Shown piece by piece: positions 28,177 through 38,195 of a stretch of DNA of 41,207 bases. The notes below the pieces were generated by a model. The model saw nothing but the letters and a program-made list of their open reading frames with translations, searched no databases and was not told where the DNA came from. The first letter of the stretch is position 1. The number at the start of each line of letters is the position of its first letter. The DNA is taken from the sequence record DRR378314_814. The stretch is one strand, 5' to 3'. The translations under genes were made by a program, and so were the position numbers.

Positions 28177-29574
28177 CTAGTAGCCCCGCCAACTGTCGAT
28201 CAGTTCCGGCAGGAACAGGGATATTTGCGGGATATAGGTTATTAGGATCAGGAAGAACAGCAACAGACCCAGCCACGGCGTTGCCGCCTTGACCACCCAA
28301 AGGATATCCCGCCCGGTAATCCCGGCAGTGACAAACAAATTCAGGCCCACCGGTGGGGTGATCATGCCGATTTCCATATTGACCACCATGATAATCCCCA
28401 GATGAATAGGATCGATCCCGTATTCCATAGCAATCGGGAACAGGATGGGTGCCATGATCAGCAGGATCGCAGACGGCTCCATAAAATTCCCGGCGGCCAG
28501 CAGCAGCAGGTTCATCACAATCAAGAAGCCCCAGGCCGGCAAGCCCATCCCGGTAATTGTTTCAGCGATTACATGGGGAATGCGTTCTGTTGTCAGCACA
28601 TGGGCAAACAGCATGGCGTTGGCAATGATGAACAGCAGCACAAAGCTGACCTTGGCACCATCCAGAACGGTTTTGCGCACATCGGCCGAAAACGCTGCCG
28701 TTGGAATGGCATATAGGCTGAGCATCAGGTTGCGGCTGATCGCTGTGCCCAGTGTTTCGCCCTCATTGCGCCAGGGGACCCCTTTCAACGGTCCCATATC
28801 CCGATAGCCAATAACCGCAATCAAAAAGGCATATACGGTGGAAACCGCGGCCGCCTCCGTTGGGCTGGCAACACCGCCATAAATGGCGCCCAGAATAATC
28901 ACGATCAGGATAATCCCGCCAGAGGCACTAAAGCCCGATGACAGGAATTCCCGAAGGGAGGCGCGCGCCTGCGCCGGCAGGCCTTTGATCCGCGCATAAA
29001 TATAAATGGCCAGCATCAACAGCAGGCCCATCATAATGCCCGGAATAAAACCCGCCATAAACATGCGGGCTGCCGAGACCTCGGTCGCGGATGCATAAAC
29101 CAGCATCACAATGGATGGCGGGATCAGAATACCCAGGGTGCCCGCATTGGAAATCACGCCCGCCGCAAATTTTTCCGGATACCCGGTTTTCACCATTCCG
29201 ACAATCACGATGGAGCCGATGGCCGCCACCGTTGCCGGAGACGATCCGGAAACCGCCGCGAACAGCATACAGGCCATCACCGATGCCATGGCAAGACCGC
29301 CGCGGATATGCCCGACGCAGGCCACCGCAAACCGGATCAGTCGTTTGGCCACCCCACCGGTCGATAAGAAAGAGCTGGACAGCACAAAAAACGGGATCGC
29401 CAGCAAGGTATAATGTTCCGTGAGGTTATCAATAAACTTGAGCCCCATGGAGGCGATGCTGTCGCCAGAGAGAAAATAAATGGTCACCACACTGGAAAAT
29501 CCCAGGGCGATGGCAATTGGCATGCCCATCAGCATGCAAACGAATAGAATGAGGAATAAAGCTGTTGCGGTCAT
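28177..29574 (-). CDS. dctM: TRAP transporter large permease (C4-dicarboxylate type)
   Basis: LLAIPFF, SGSSPATVAAIG, GTLGILIPPSI, TPPVGLNLFV. Confidence 0.92.
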   Translation of the reverse strand: MTATALFLILFVCMLMGMPIAIALGFSSVVTIYFLSGDSIASMGLKFIDNLTEHYTLLAIPFFVLSSSFLSTGGVAKRLIRFAVACVGHIRGGLAMASVMACMLFAAVSGSSPATVAAIGSIVIVGMVKTGYPEKFAAGVISNAGTLGILIPPSIVMLVYASATEVSAARMFMAGFIPGIMMGLLLMLAIYIYARIKGLPAQARASLREFLSSGFSASGGIILIVIILGAIYGGVASPTEAAAVSTVYAFLIAVIGYRDMGPLKGVPWRNEGETLGTAISRNLMLSLYAIPTAAFSADVRKTVLDGAKVSFVLLFIIANAMLFAHVLTTERIPHVIAETITGMGLPAWGFLIVMNLLLLAAGNFMEPSAILLIMAPILFPIAMEYGIDPIHLGIIMVVNMEIGMITPPVGLNLFVTAGITGRDILWVVKAATPWLGLLLFFLILITYIPQISLFLPELIDSWRGY

Positions 29575-30122
29575 CGGCTATCCCCCCGATCACCCACATC
29601 CGGTTTTTCGACCAGATCCTCCAGCGCTTCTTTGGCTTCATCGGCCAGCTTAAAGCCGTATTCCTCTTTGCGCAGCATTTTCCACAGAAGCTGCAAAAAA
29701 CGGAAAAACAGCAATCCAAAGCCGATCACCAGGATCGAATGGGCCATCCATTTCTGGATGGTCATGTCCTGCATTTCCAGGCCGATTTTCTGCATCTTGG
29801 CCAGATATTCCCAAGACCCGACGAATAACAACCCGCAATAAGAAAGACAGAGCAGAACCGCAACGATGGAAATCCACCGACGGGTTTCTGGCTGGAAAAG
29901 TTTGACCAAAGCATCGACGCCGATATGCGCACCCACACGCACCCCATAGGATGCCCCCAGCAGCACAAACCAACCCGACATCAGCAAGGTCAATTCCTGG
30001 ATCCACAAGAACCCTGAATTGAACCCAAAGCGCATCACAACCTCAACAAATACCAGTAAGGTCATGGCAACGAGAAGGAGGGAAATTAATCCCTCCTCCA
30101 GTTTTCCGACATATTGACGCAA
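29571..30122 (-). CDS. dctQ: TRAP transporter small permease
   Basis: Four TM helices, WIQEL, GASYGVRVGAHIGVD; TTG start after GGGGA. Confidence 0.9.
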   Translation of the reverse strand: MRQYVGKLEEGLISLLLVAMTLLVFVEVVMRFGFNSGFLWIQELTLLMSGWFVLLGASYGVRVGAHIGVDALVKLFQPETRRWISIVAVLLCLSYCGLLFVGSWEYLAKMQKIGLEMQDMTIQKWMAHSILVIGFGLLFFRFLQLLWKMLRKEEYGFKLADEAKEALEDLVEKPDVGDRGDSR

Positions 30123-30176
30123 GATCAGTCCCCCTTGTCGCGCAAAGTCGTTCGCCCGTTACAGGCGGTCAGCCTC

Positions 30177-31214
<1,038 letters not shown>

Positions 31215-31400
31215 TTATGGCGGATAAGACTTTTCGCAGACCGCTTCTTCTCTATTTACCGCAATTCTATGGGAAAAACCATCCAATGGTTAAAAGTATG
31301 ATATTTTTTCTGATCCTAGTCTCTTGCGCCCAGGTCAAATCCCCCCTTAAACTGAAGGTAACGCGCTCCGGCCTCCTCTTGTCCAATTGATAGCCCTTTC

Positions 31401-32324
31401 ATGTCCCTGCCCACTTCCTATCATGCTCCGATTTATGTCGTTGCTTTCGGCTTCCTTTTCGGCACCACAATCAGTATGGCAAAATTTGGGGCGTCCCACG
31501 GGATTGATCCGGTCAGTCTTGTTTTTTGGCAAATGACTTTTGGGGGTCTGCTGCTGACGGTGACGGCGCACCTGCGGGGCCATCCGGTGCGTCTTGGCGG
31601 CCGGTTTCTGCGCTATTATTTCATCGCCGGGCTGATGGGCAATGCCATTCCAACAACGCTGGCTTTTGTCGCATCCGTCAAGATCGGTGCGGCACTGACA
31701 GGGCTGGTCTACCCACTTTCTCCGCTGACCACCTATCTGTTTTCCATCGCCCTTGGAATTGACTGGATCCAGTCGCGAAAAGTTGCCGGAACCCTGCTCG
31801 GCCTGGCGGGGGCCGCACTGATCGTTGTGCCGCCGATTTTAACCGCAGGGGGGCCGGACGCGACAGAAGGGCTATCCATCCTCTGGCTGATCCTCGCCTT
31901 CACAATTCCCATATTTTTGGGGATCGGCAACGTATATCGGCGGATGGACTGGCCCGAAGGGTCAGGCTCACTGCCCCTGGCGGCGGGCATGTTACTGGCC
32001 ACCAGTATTCTGATGCTGCCGCTGTTTTTCTGGATCGATGCCCCAGTTTGGCCTGATTTATCCGCCAGCATTGCCCCTTGGATCTTCATCGGCAATATCA
32101 TTTTGTCATATCTGGGGTTCATGGTGTATTTTGAACTGCAACGGATCGCGGAGCCTGTTTATTTCAGCCAGATCTCCTATTTCATCACTATAGCCACCAT
32201 GATATTTGGTTTTGTGTTGTTTAATGAGTCCATCGAGTTTTATGTAGTTCCAAGTATCGCACTGATTTTTACGGGCCTGGCCCTGGTGAGCATGAAGCCC
32301 AGGAACCAGGCCAAAGCAGACTAA
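31401..32324 (+). CDS. DMT/EamA family transporter
   Basis: About 10 hydrophobic helices in two EamA-like halves. Confidence 0.82.
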   Translation: MSLPTSYHAPIYVVAFGFLFGTTISMAKFGASHGIDPVSLVFWQMTFGGLLLTVTAHLRGHPVRLGGRFLRYYFIAGLMGNAIPTTLAFVASVKIGAALTGLVYPLSPLTTYLFSIALGIDWIQSRKVAGTLLGLAGAALIVVPPILTAGGPDATEGLSILWLILAFTIPIFLGIGNVYRRMDWPEGSGSLPLAAGMLLATSILMLPLFFWIDAPVWPDLSASIAPWIFIGNIILSYLGFMVYFELQRIAEPVYFSQISYFITIATMIFGFVLFNESIEFYVVPSIALIFTGLALVSMKPRNQAKAD

Positions 32325-32339
32325 AACGAGAGGCGCCCA

Positions 32340-34316
32340 ATGAAAAAAATAGCCTATGGCATCGTCGCAATCCTTGTCCTGTTGATTGTTGCTGTCATTG
32401 CCCTGCCCTTTGTGATCCCGGCAGAGCGGATCAAGCAGGAAATCATGATTGCAGCCAATGACGCAACTGGCCGAACCTTGACCATCGACGGGGATTTTGG
32501 GGTCAGTGTCTTCCCGGTTCTGGGCCTGAACGCCAGTAAGGTTGCTTTTTCCAATGCGCCAACCAGTGAAGTGCCGAACATGGCCACCATTGAAAACCTC
32601 ACGCTGGAGCTGAACCTGCTTCCGCTGCTCAGCGGTCAGGTTTCAGTCGATAAATTTATTCTGGATCAGCCGGTCATTGTTCTGGAAGTGGCCAAGAACG
32701 GCCAAAAAAACTGGGAATTTGAAACTGCCGCTGCGGCCCCTGCAGAACCGGCAGAAGGCGCTGAAAGTGGCGGCGCTGCGGATCTTGGTATCAGTGATCT
32801 GAACCTCGGCGATGTGCAGATCAAGGATGGCTCCATCACCTATCGTGATCTTCAGGGCGGAACAACGCATGAAGTGACAGAAGCTAATCTCGCGCTAGTG
32901 CTCAACGGTCTGGATCAGCCTTTCAAAACCGAAGGCTCCGCCGTCTGGAAAGGCGAAAAGGTTGAGGTGAATACCGAACTGGGCTCTTTACGCGCGGTTC
33001 TTGAAAACCAAGCCACAACTGCCGCCGTTGGCGTAAATTCCAGCAAGGTGACACTTAATTTCGATGGGAATATCAACAGCCTGACGCCAGTTGATGTGAC
33101 CGGCGCGACGGAGCTCAATGTACCCTCCTTAAAAGATCTTATGGCCTGGGCCGCAGAGCCGATGGAGGCCAAAGACGGCACCATGGAAGCCGTGATCATT
33201 AAGGGCAACGTCGGCGTGAAAGGTGATACTTATTCTTTCACCGATGCGGATCTTTCTTTTGATGCCATCAAGGCCACCGGTAATTTCGCAGCCAATCTGG
33301 GCGGAAAAGTCCCTTCCTTAAAAGGCGACCTGACCGTTCCGCTGCTCGACATAAACCCCTATATGCCGGCTGAGGGCGGTGAAGCGGATCAATCCGCGAC
33401 TGAGGCAACCTCCGCCAAATCCGGGGAAAAATGGGACAGCACCCCCATTGATTTCAGTCCGCTGAAAGCCTTGAACGCTGACTTCAAACTGTCCATCGGC
33501 CAATTGCTGGTTCAGAAAATGAAGATCGGCCAGACAAGCCTTGCTGCCCTGATCAAAGACGGCGTTTTGACACTCGATCTCAGTGAACTTGCGCTGTATG
33601 AGGGCACCGGCAAAGGTCGCGTGACCGTCAATGCTCAAGGTGAGCAAGCCAAAATTGCGGAGAGTTTCTCGCTGACCGGGTTAAACCTGCAACCCTTCCT
33701 TAAAGACGCTGCGGATTTTGACAAGCTGGAAGGAACCGGGAATTTTGACCTGAATGTCACTTCTGTTGGCACTTCGCAGAAAACCTTCGTTGATAACCTC
33801 AACGGCGACGGCGGGATCCTGTTTACCGACGGGGCGATTAACGGCATCAACCTTGCCGCCATGGCCCGCAATGTTACCAGCGCCTTCACCGGCGGTGGCG
33901 ATGTGAAGAAAACAGATTTTGCGGAACTTTCCGGCACCTACACGATTACCAATGGTCTGCTGAAAAACAATGACTTGAAAATGCTCAATCCGTTCATTCA
34001 GGTGACCGGCAAGGGAACGGTCAATCTGCCGCCGCAAACCCTTGATTACCGGCTGGAGCCAAAAGTCACCGCCTCCAGCAAGGGACAGGGCAGCGATGAG
34101 GCCTCTGGTCTGATGGTGCCGATCAATATTACCGGCAGCTGGCAGGATCCAAAATTTGCCCCCGATCTGAAAGGCATCATTTCCAACGCTGTCGATACGG
34201 ATAAGCTGAAGGAAAAAGTGGAAGATGCCGCCAAAGAGAAGGTCAAAGACAAGCTCAAAAAAGATCTTAAGGGTGGCCTGAAAGGACTGGGCGGTCTTCT
34301 GGGTGGCAGCGACTAA
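32340..34316 (+). CDS. AsmA family protein
   Basis: N-terminal TM, ATGRTLTIDG, GQKNWEF, LYEG, TDFAELSGT and VPINITGSWQDPK AsmA-type motifs. Confidence 0.85.
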   Translation: MKKIAYGIVAILVLLIVAVIALPFVIPAERIKQEIMIAANDATGRTLTIDGDFGVSVFPVLGLNASKVAFSNAPTSEVPNMATIENLTLELNLLPLLSGQVSVDKFILDQPVIVLEVAKNGQKNWEFETAAAAPAEPAEGAESGGAADLGISDLNLGDVQIKDGSITYRDLQGGTTHEVTEANLALVLNGLDQPFKTEGSAVWKGEKVEVNTELGSLRAVLENQATTAAVGVNSSKVTLNFDGNINSLTPVDVTGATELNVPSLKDLMAWAAEPMEAKDGTMEAVIIKGNVGVKGDTYSFTDADLSFDAIKATGNFAANLGGKVPSLKGDLTVPLLDINPYMPAEGGEADQSATEATSAKSGEKWDSTPIDFSPLKALNADFKLSIGQLLVQKMKIGQTSLAALIKDGVLTLDLSELALYEGTGKGRVTVNAQGEQAKIAESFSLTGLNLQPFLKDAADFDKLEGTGNFDLNVTSVGTSQKTFVDNLNGDGGILFTDGAINGINLAAMARNVTSAFTGGGDVKKTDFAELSGTYTITNGLLKNNDLKMLNPFIQVTGKGTVNLPPQTLDYRLEPKVTASSKGQGSDEASGLMVPINITGSWQDPKFAPDLKGIISNAVDTDKLKEKVEDAAKEKVKDKLKKDLKGGLKGLGGLLGGSD

Positions 34317-34335
34317 AACTGTTCGGAGTATTCAT

Positions 34336-34376
34336 AAAAAAAAGGCGGCGAGCAGAATTTCACTCGCCGCCTTTTT
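34336..34376. terminator. Bidirectional intrinsic terminator
   Basis: A8-GGCGGCGAG...CTCGCCGCC-T5 between convergent genes. Confidence 0.85.
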
Positions 34377-34393
34377 CATTTTTGGAATTTGGC

Positions 34394-34786
34394 TTATTTG
34401 GGGGATTTTTCTTCTGTTGCGCCGCCCGCTTCTTTCCAGGCGCCAAAGCCGCCTTCAATATGGCAGACATTTTCAAGACCCATGGCGCGGGCCGTATCCG
34501 TCGCAAGGGCAGAACGCCATCCCGCCGCGCAGAAAAAGACAAATTTCTTGCCGCTGGCAAATTCAGGACGATGATAAGGGCTTTCCGGATCGACCCAGAA
34601 TTCCAGCATACCGCGCGGGGCATGCATCGCACCGGGCATGGCGCCATCGCGGTAAAGCTCCCGAATGTCGCGGATATCCACAAACTGAACCGCTTCCTGA
34701 CCCAGCATATCTTTTGCCTGATCCACTGAAATTGTCTCAATCCGGCTGTTTGCGTCCGCAACCATTTCTTTTACTGTTTTTTTCAT
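34394..34786 (-). CDS. Single-domain rhodanese-like protein
   Basis: FVDIRD, HAPRGMLEFWVD, FCAAGWRSAL active-site Cys, GGFGAW; GGAG RBS. Confidence 0.88.
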   Translation of the reverse strand: MKKTVKEMVADANSRIETISVDQAKDMLGQEAVQFVDIRDIRELYRDGAMPGAMHAPRGMLEFWVDPESPYHRPEFASGKKFVFFCAAGWRSALATDTARAMGLENVCHIEGGFGAWKEAGGATEEKSPK

Positions 34787-34907
34787 TTCTTCTCCGTGAA
34801 ACTGGTTGTATGCTTCCCTCATCCCATTAATGACAGAAACTCATTTATGCTACAATTTCCGCCCGCTCGGCGCTAGTTGGAATATAAGTAATAAAAAAGA
34901 GGAAAGC

Positions 34908-36113
34908 ATGGATCTCTCATTTTCAAGCAAGGACAACGCCTTTCGCGAAGAGGTTATCGACTTCATCACGTCAAACCTGACGGATGATTTGAAACAGAAA
35001 ATGGCGGCGAACCGCAACAGCTACCTGCCAAAGGACGATCATGTCCGTTGGCAAAAAGCGCTCAATGACAAAGGCTGGCTGGCCCCTGACTGGCCGGTAA
35101 AATATGGCGGGCCGGGCTGGACGACAACGCAGAAATATATTTTCGATACGGAAATGGCCAACCATAATGCGCCGGGCATTATGCCCTTTGGCATTAAAAT
35201 GTGTGCACCGGTCCTGATGAAATTTGGCAGTCAGGAACAGAAAGACCATTACCTGCCGCGCATGCTGAGTAACGAGGATTGGTGGTGTCAGGGATATTCA
35301 GAACCGGGTTCCGGCTCCGACCTTGCCTCCCTTCAGATGAAAGCCGAAGATAAAGGCGATCACTTCCTCTGCAACGGCTCCAAAATCTGGACAACTCTGG
35401 CCCAGTATGCGGACTGGATTTTCTGCCTCGTGCGGACCAGCAAGGAAGGCAAGCGTCAGGAAGGCATCTCCTTTCTGCTCATTGACATGAACACGCCGGG
35501 CATCAGCATTGATCCCATCTACACGATTGACCAGCCCAGCGAAGGCGCGCAGGAAATCAATCAGGTCTTCTTCCAGGACGTGGTTGTCCCCAAAGAAAAT
35601 CTTGTTGGGGAAATGAACAAGGGCTGGACCTACGCCAAATACCTTCTGGAGTTTGAGCGAGGCAATGCCTATGCAGGCCGCCTAAAACGGGGCGCGCAAA
35701 AAGTGCGTGCCATCGCAAATACCGAAGTTGAAGGCGGAGAGCCGGTCATCAATAATCCCGATTTCCGCAGCAAGCTGGCCAAACTGGAAGTGGCTATTCA
35801 GGCCCTGGAAATGACGGAACTTCGGATCCTCAGCAAGCTGACATCCGGTCAGAATATGGGTCCGGAAAGCTCCCTGATGAAATGCCGCGGCACGGACCTG
35901 TATCAGGAAGTAGTGGAACTGGCCCTGGAAGCGGTCGGCACATACGGCATTCCCTTCCTGCCACTGGTGCCGGGACAGAATACGAACCCTGTCGGCCCTG
36001 AATATGCCAGCGGCACGGCGCCGCGCTATTTCAATGCCCGTAAAGTTTCCATTTATGGCGGGTCCAATGAAATTCAGCGCAATATCATGGCGAAGCTGAT
36101 CCTCGGCCTATAA
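34908..36113 (+). CDS. Acyl-CoA dehydrogenase (PimC-like)
   Basis: WCQGYSEPGSGSDLASL, NGSKIWT, GWTYAKYLLEFER, SIYGGSNEIQRNI; GAGG RBS. Confidence 0.9.
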   Translation: MDLSFSSKDNAFREEVIDFITSNLTDDLKQKMAANRNSYLPKDDHVRWQKALNDKGWLAPDWPVKYGGPGWTTTQKYIFDTEMANHNAPGIMPFGIKMCAPVLMKFGSQEQKDHYLPRMLSNEDWWCQGYSEPGSGSDLASLQMKAEDKGDHFLCNGSKIWTTLAQYADWIFCLVRTSKEGKRQEGISFLLIDMNTPGISIDPIYTIDQPSEGAQEINQVFFQDVVVPKENLVGEMNKGWTYAKYLLEFERGNAYAGRLKRGAQKVRAIANTEVEGGEPVINNPDFRSKLAKLEVAIQALEMTELRILSKLTSGQNMGPESSLMKCRGTDLYQEVVELALEAVGTYGIPFLPLVPGQNTNPVGPEYASGTAPRYFNARKVSIYGGSNEIQRNIMAKLILGL

Positions 36114-36169
36114 GCGTTTGGGGGTGAATTTGGGGGGACGCGCTCGTCCCCCTTCGATTTGGAGGTAAC

Positions 36170-36919
36170 ATGTCTCACGGCGGAGAAGCCACGATCCTGT
36201 CCATGTGGTCCGGACCCCGCAATATCTCTACCGCTCTGATGCGCGCCTTCGGCAGCCGCCCCGACTGCCAACCGGTTGATGAACCCTTCTATGCCTATTA
36301 CCTGACGCAAACGGGGCTCAATCACCCCATGCGGGATGACATCCTGCAAAGCCAGCCGGCTAACTGGCAGCAGGTCATCAAAGACATCAACGGGCCATTG
36401 CCACCGGCGCAGTCCTTGCGATATCTCAAACATATGACCCAGCATATGCTGGCGGATATTGATCTGGGGGGCTTTGCCCATCACAAACACTGCTTCCTGA
36501 TCCGTGATCCGCGCCTCGTCATCGCCTCCTTTTCCGCCAAATACGATCAGGTCACGGCGGAGGCAACGGGTTTTCCCCATCAAATGCATCTGTTCGATTA
36601 TTTTTACCGTCATGCAGATCAGCCACCGGTCATTATTGAGGGGGAGGATATTCAGCGAAATCCGGCTGCCTTGTTGCTGAAGTTGTGCAGCGCGCTTAAA
36701 ATTGCGTTTTATCCCCAAATGCTGAAATGGGAAGCGGGACGCAAACCCGAAGATGGGGTCTGGGCCGCGCATTGGTATAATGCCGTAGAAGCCTCAACGG
36801 GATTTGCGCCCTTCAAGGCAAAAGAAGTGACCCTGAACCCGGCGCAGGAAAAACTGGCGCGGGAGCTGGAGCCCATATACCTGGACCTGAAATCCCGGAA
36901 ACTAACCCTTTCGAGTTAA
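36170..36919 (+). CDS. Sulfotransferase-like P-loop protein
   Basis: MWSGPRNISTALMRAF, DEPFYA, KHMTQHM, FLIRDP, W..HWY..V..STGF. Confidence 0.75.
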   Translation: MSHGGEATILSMWSGPRNISTALMRAFGSRPDCQPVDEPFYAYYLTQTGLNHPMRDDILQSQPANWQQVIKDINGPLPPAQSLRYLKHMTQHMLADIDLGGFAHHKHCFLIRDPRLVIASFSAKYDQVTAEATGFPHQMHLFDYFYRHADQPPVIIEGEDIQRNPAALLLKLCSALKIAFYPQMLKWEAGRKPEDGVWAAHWYNAVEASTGFAPFKAKEVTLNPAQEKLARELEPIYLDLKSRKLTLSS

Positions 36920-36931
36920 GGACACGAATAA

Positions 36932-37606
36932 ATGCTGAGCCGCGAAGATTTTACCCCGGAACGGGTTGATTTACTGATAGCCGAGGCTCGCAAATTTGGG
37001 CGCTTCGATGCCCTCACCCATCAGGAGCGCGAAGAAAGCCGCCAACAGTTTCTGCAATCCGCCCCCCTCCCGGCGGAAGGCCTTTGGGTCTTTGGTTACG
37101 GATCGCTTTTATGGAACCCCGCCTTTCATTATATCCAGTCCGCCCCCGCCCGGCTTTACGGCTATCGGCGGCATTATTGCCTGCATCTGACCATGGGCCG
37201 GGGCAGCCCTGATAAACCGGGGATCATGCTGGCCCTGGACACCGGCGGCTCCTGCAATGGCCGCGCCTTTCTGATCGAACCGGACAAGGTGGAAAGCGAA
37301 ACCCGGATCCTCTGGCTTCGTGAAATGCTCTCAGGTGCCTACCTGCCCCGCTGGGTTAGCATGAAAAAAGGCGACGGGACACCAATCAGGGGCCTGACTT
37401 TTGTTGTCAACCGCTCCCACAGCCGCTACCGCGATGATCTGACACCTGAAGACCTGGTTCTGCGGATATGTCAGGGGGAGGGGCATCTTGGGAGCAGCCG
37501 GGAATATCTGGACAATACCATCGCCCATCTTGAGGAAATTAACGTGCGGGACAGATATCTGCATGACCTGCAGAAACGGGTACGGGCATCTGATAAAAAG
37601 CCATAA
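36932..37606 (+). CDS. chaC: Glutathione-specific gamma-glutamylcyclotransferase, ChaC family
   Basis: LWVFGYGSLLWNP, RGSPDKPG..LALD.GGSC.G, LWLREM. Confidence 0.88.
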   Translation: MLSREDFTPERVDLLIAEARKFGRFDALTHQEREESRQQFLQSAPLPAEGLWVFGYGSLLWNPAFHYIQSAPARLYGYRRHYCLHLTMGRGSPDKPGIMLALDTGGSCNGRAFLIEPDKVESETRILWLREMLSGAYLPRWVSMKKGDGTPIRGLTFVVNRSHSRYRDDLTPEDLVLRICQGEGHLGSSREYLDNTIAHLEEINVRDRYLHDLQKRVRASDKKP

Positions 37607-37657
37607 GCCGCGAAGGAAAGGGCATTTCGGGTAAATCCTGGCCCGTTGAACACCCCC

Positions 37658-37701
37658 AAAACGAAAATGACCCGGCACGAGGGGTATGTGCCGGGATCAT
37701 T
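37658..37701 (-). terminator. Intrinsic terminator of the candidate sRNA (may also stop chaC transcription)
   Basis: CCCGGCAC (37671-78) / GTGCCGGG (37688-95) stem extended by AATGA/TCATT; the minus strand continues UUUUCGUUUU. Confidence 0.7.
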
Positions 37702-37733
37702 ATATCTCTGGTTAAGCCGAAGCTTTTCCAGTG

Positions 37734-37854
37734 GGGTATTGGGTACTTGGTACATACTATATGGGTACATAGTATTACTTCTATACTTGGGTACTTGGTA
37801 CTAAGGGTACTTGGTACATGTTGCGCATTTGGGGTACTTGATACAACTTGGTAC
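37734..37854. repeat. Cluster of short direct repeats GGGTACTTGGTAC
   Basis: Exact copies at 37741, 37789 and 37805; variant GGGTACTTGATAC at 37832; partial copies at 37734, 37763, 37784 and 37846. Confidence 0.9.
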
Positions 37855-38140
37855 TCATCGAGTATCGAGGGGGGGTGATACCCGAACAAACGGTGCGCGT
37901 CCGTTCGATGAAGAGAGTATCTCCAGAGTGGATGTAATTAGCAAGTTGAAATACGAAAAAGACTGTTTTTGAAAACAAACCGTTAGCAAGTCATTTAGGT
38001 ATATCGCAGTTATCTTTTTAGAATTACTTTGCTGTTCCTAATTATCGTTTATGTAATATTTTAATTTCCGAAACTCATCGCTTAGAAATAAATTTATTAC
38101 AAATTTTCCGAATCATCGCTGGTATTGGAAAAACCCACGG

Positions 38141-38170
38141 AAAAACGGCGCTCCCAAAGGAAGCGCCGTT
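38141..38170 (-). terminator. Intrinsic terminator of the VPLPA-CTERM gene
   Basis: AACGGCGCT...AGCGCCGTT stem with a T-run on the minus strand. Confidence 0.8.
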
Positions 38171-38195
38171 CAAATTCGTCGTGGATTAAAGACTG

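Larger units (their letters stand above)
37658..37909 (-). ncRNA. Candidate standalone structured sRNA with repeated GUACCAAGUACCC motifs
   Basis: Promoter TTGCTA-N17-GATACT (37916-37944); 5' hairpin; C-rich loop hairpin; repeat array; C(UUCG)G hairpin; terminator stem with U-tract; no credible ORF. Confidence 0.6.

Noticed and set aside
37734-37854. CRISPR array or type III toxin-antitoxin repeat array
   Set aside because: Repeats are only 13 bp with irregular spacing (as little as 3 bp), there are no unique 30-40 bp spacers, and no cas or toxin gene is adjacent.
37471-37978. Minus-strand ORFs with YQVP/VPST repeats (37471..37770, 37539..37889, 37781..37978)
   Set aside because: The peptide repeats appear in different frames as a by-product of the nucleotide repeat. 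There is no clear RBS, two ORFs run through the terminator into chaC, and one starts upstream of the predicted promoter.
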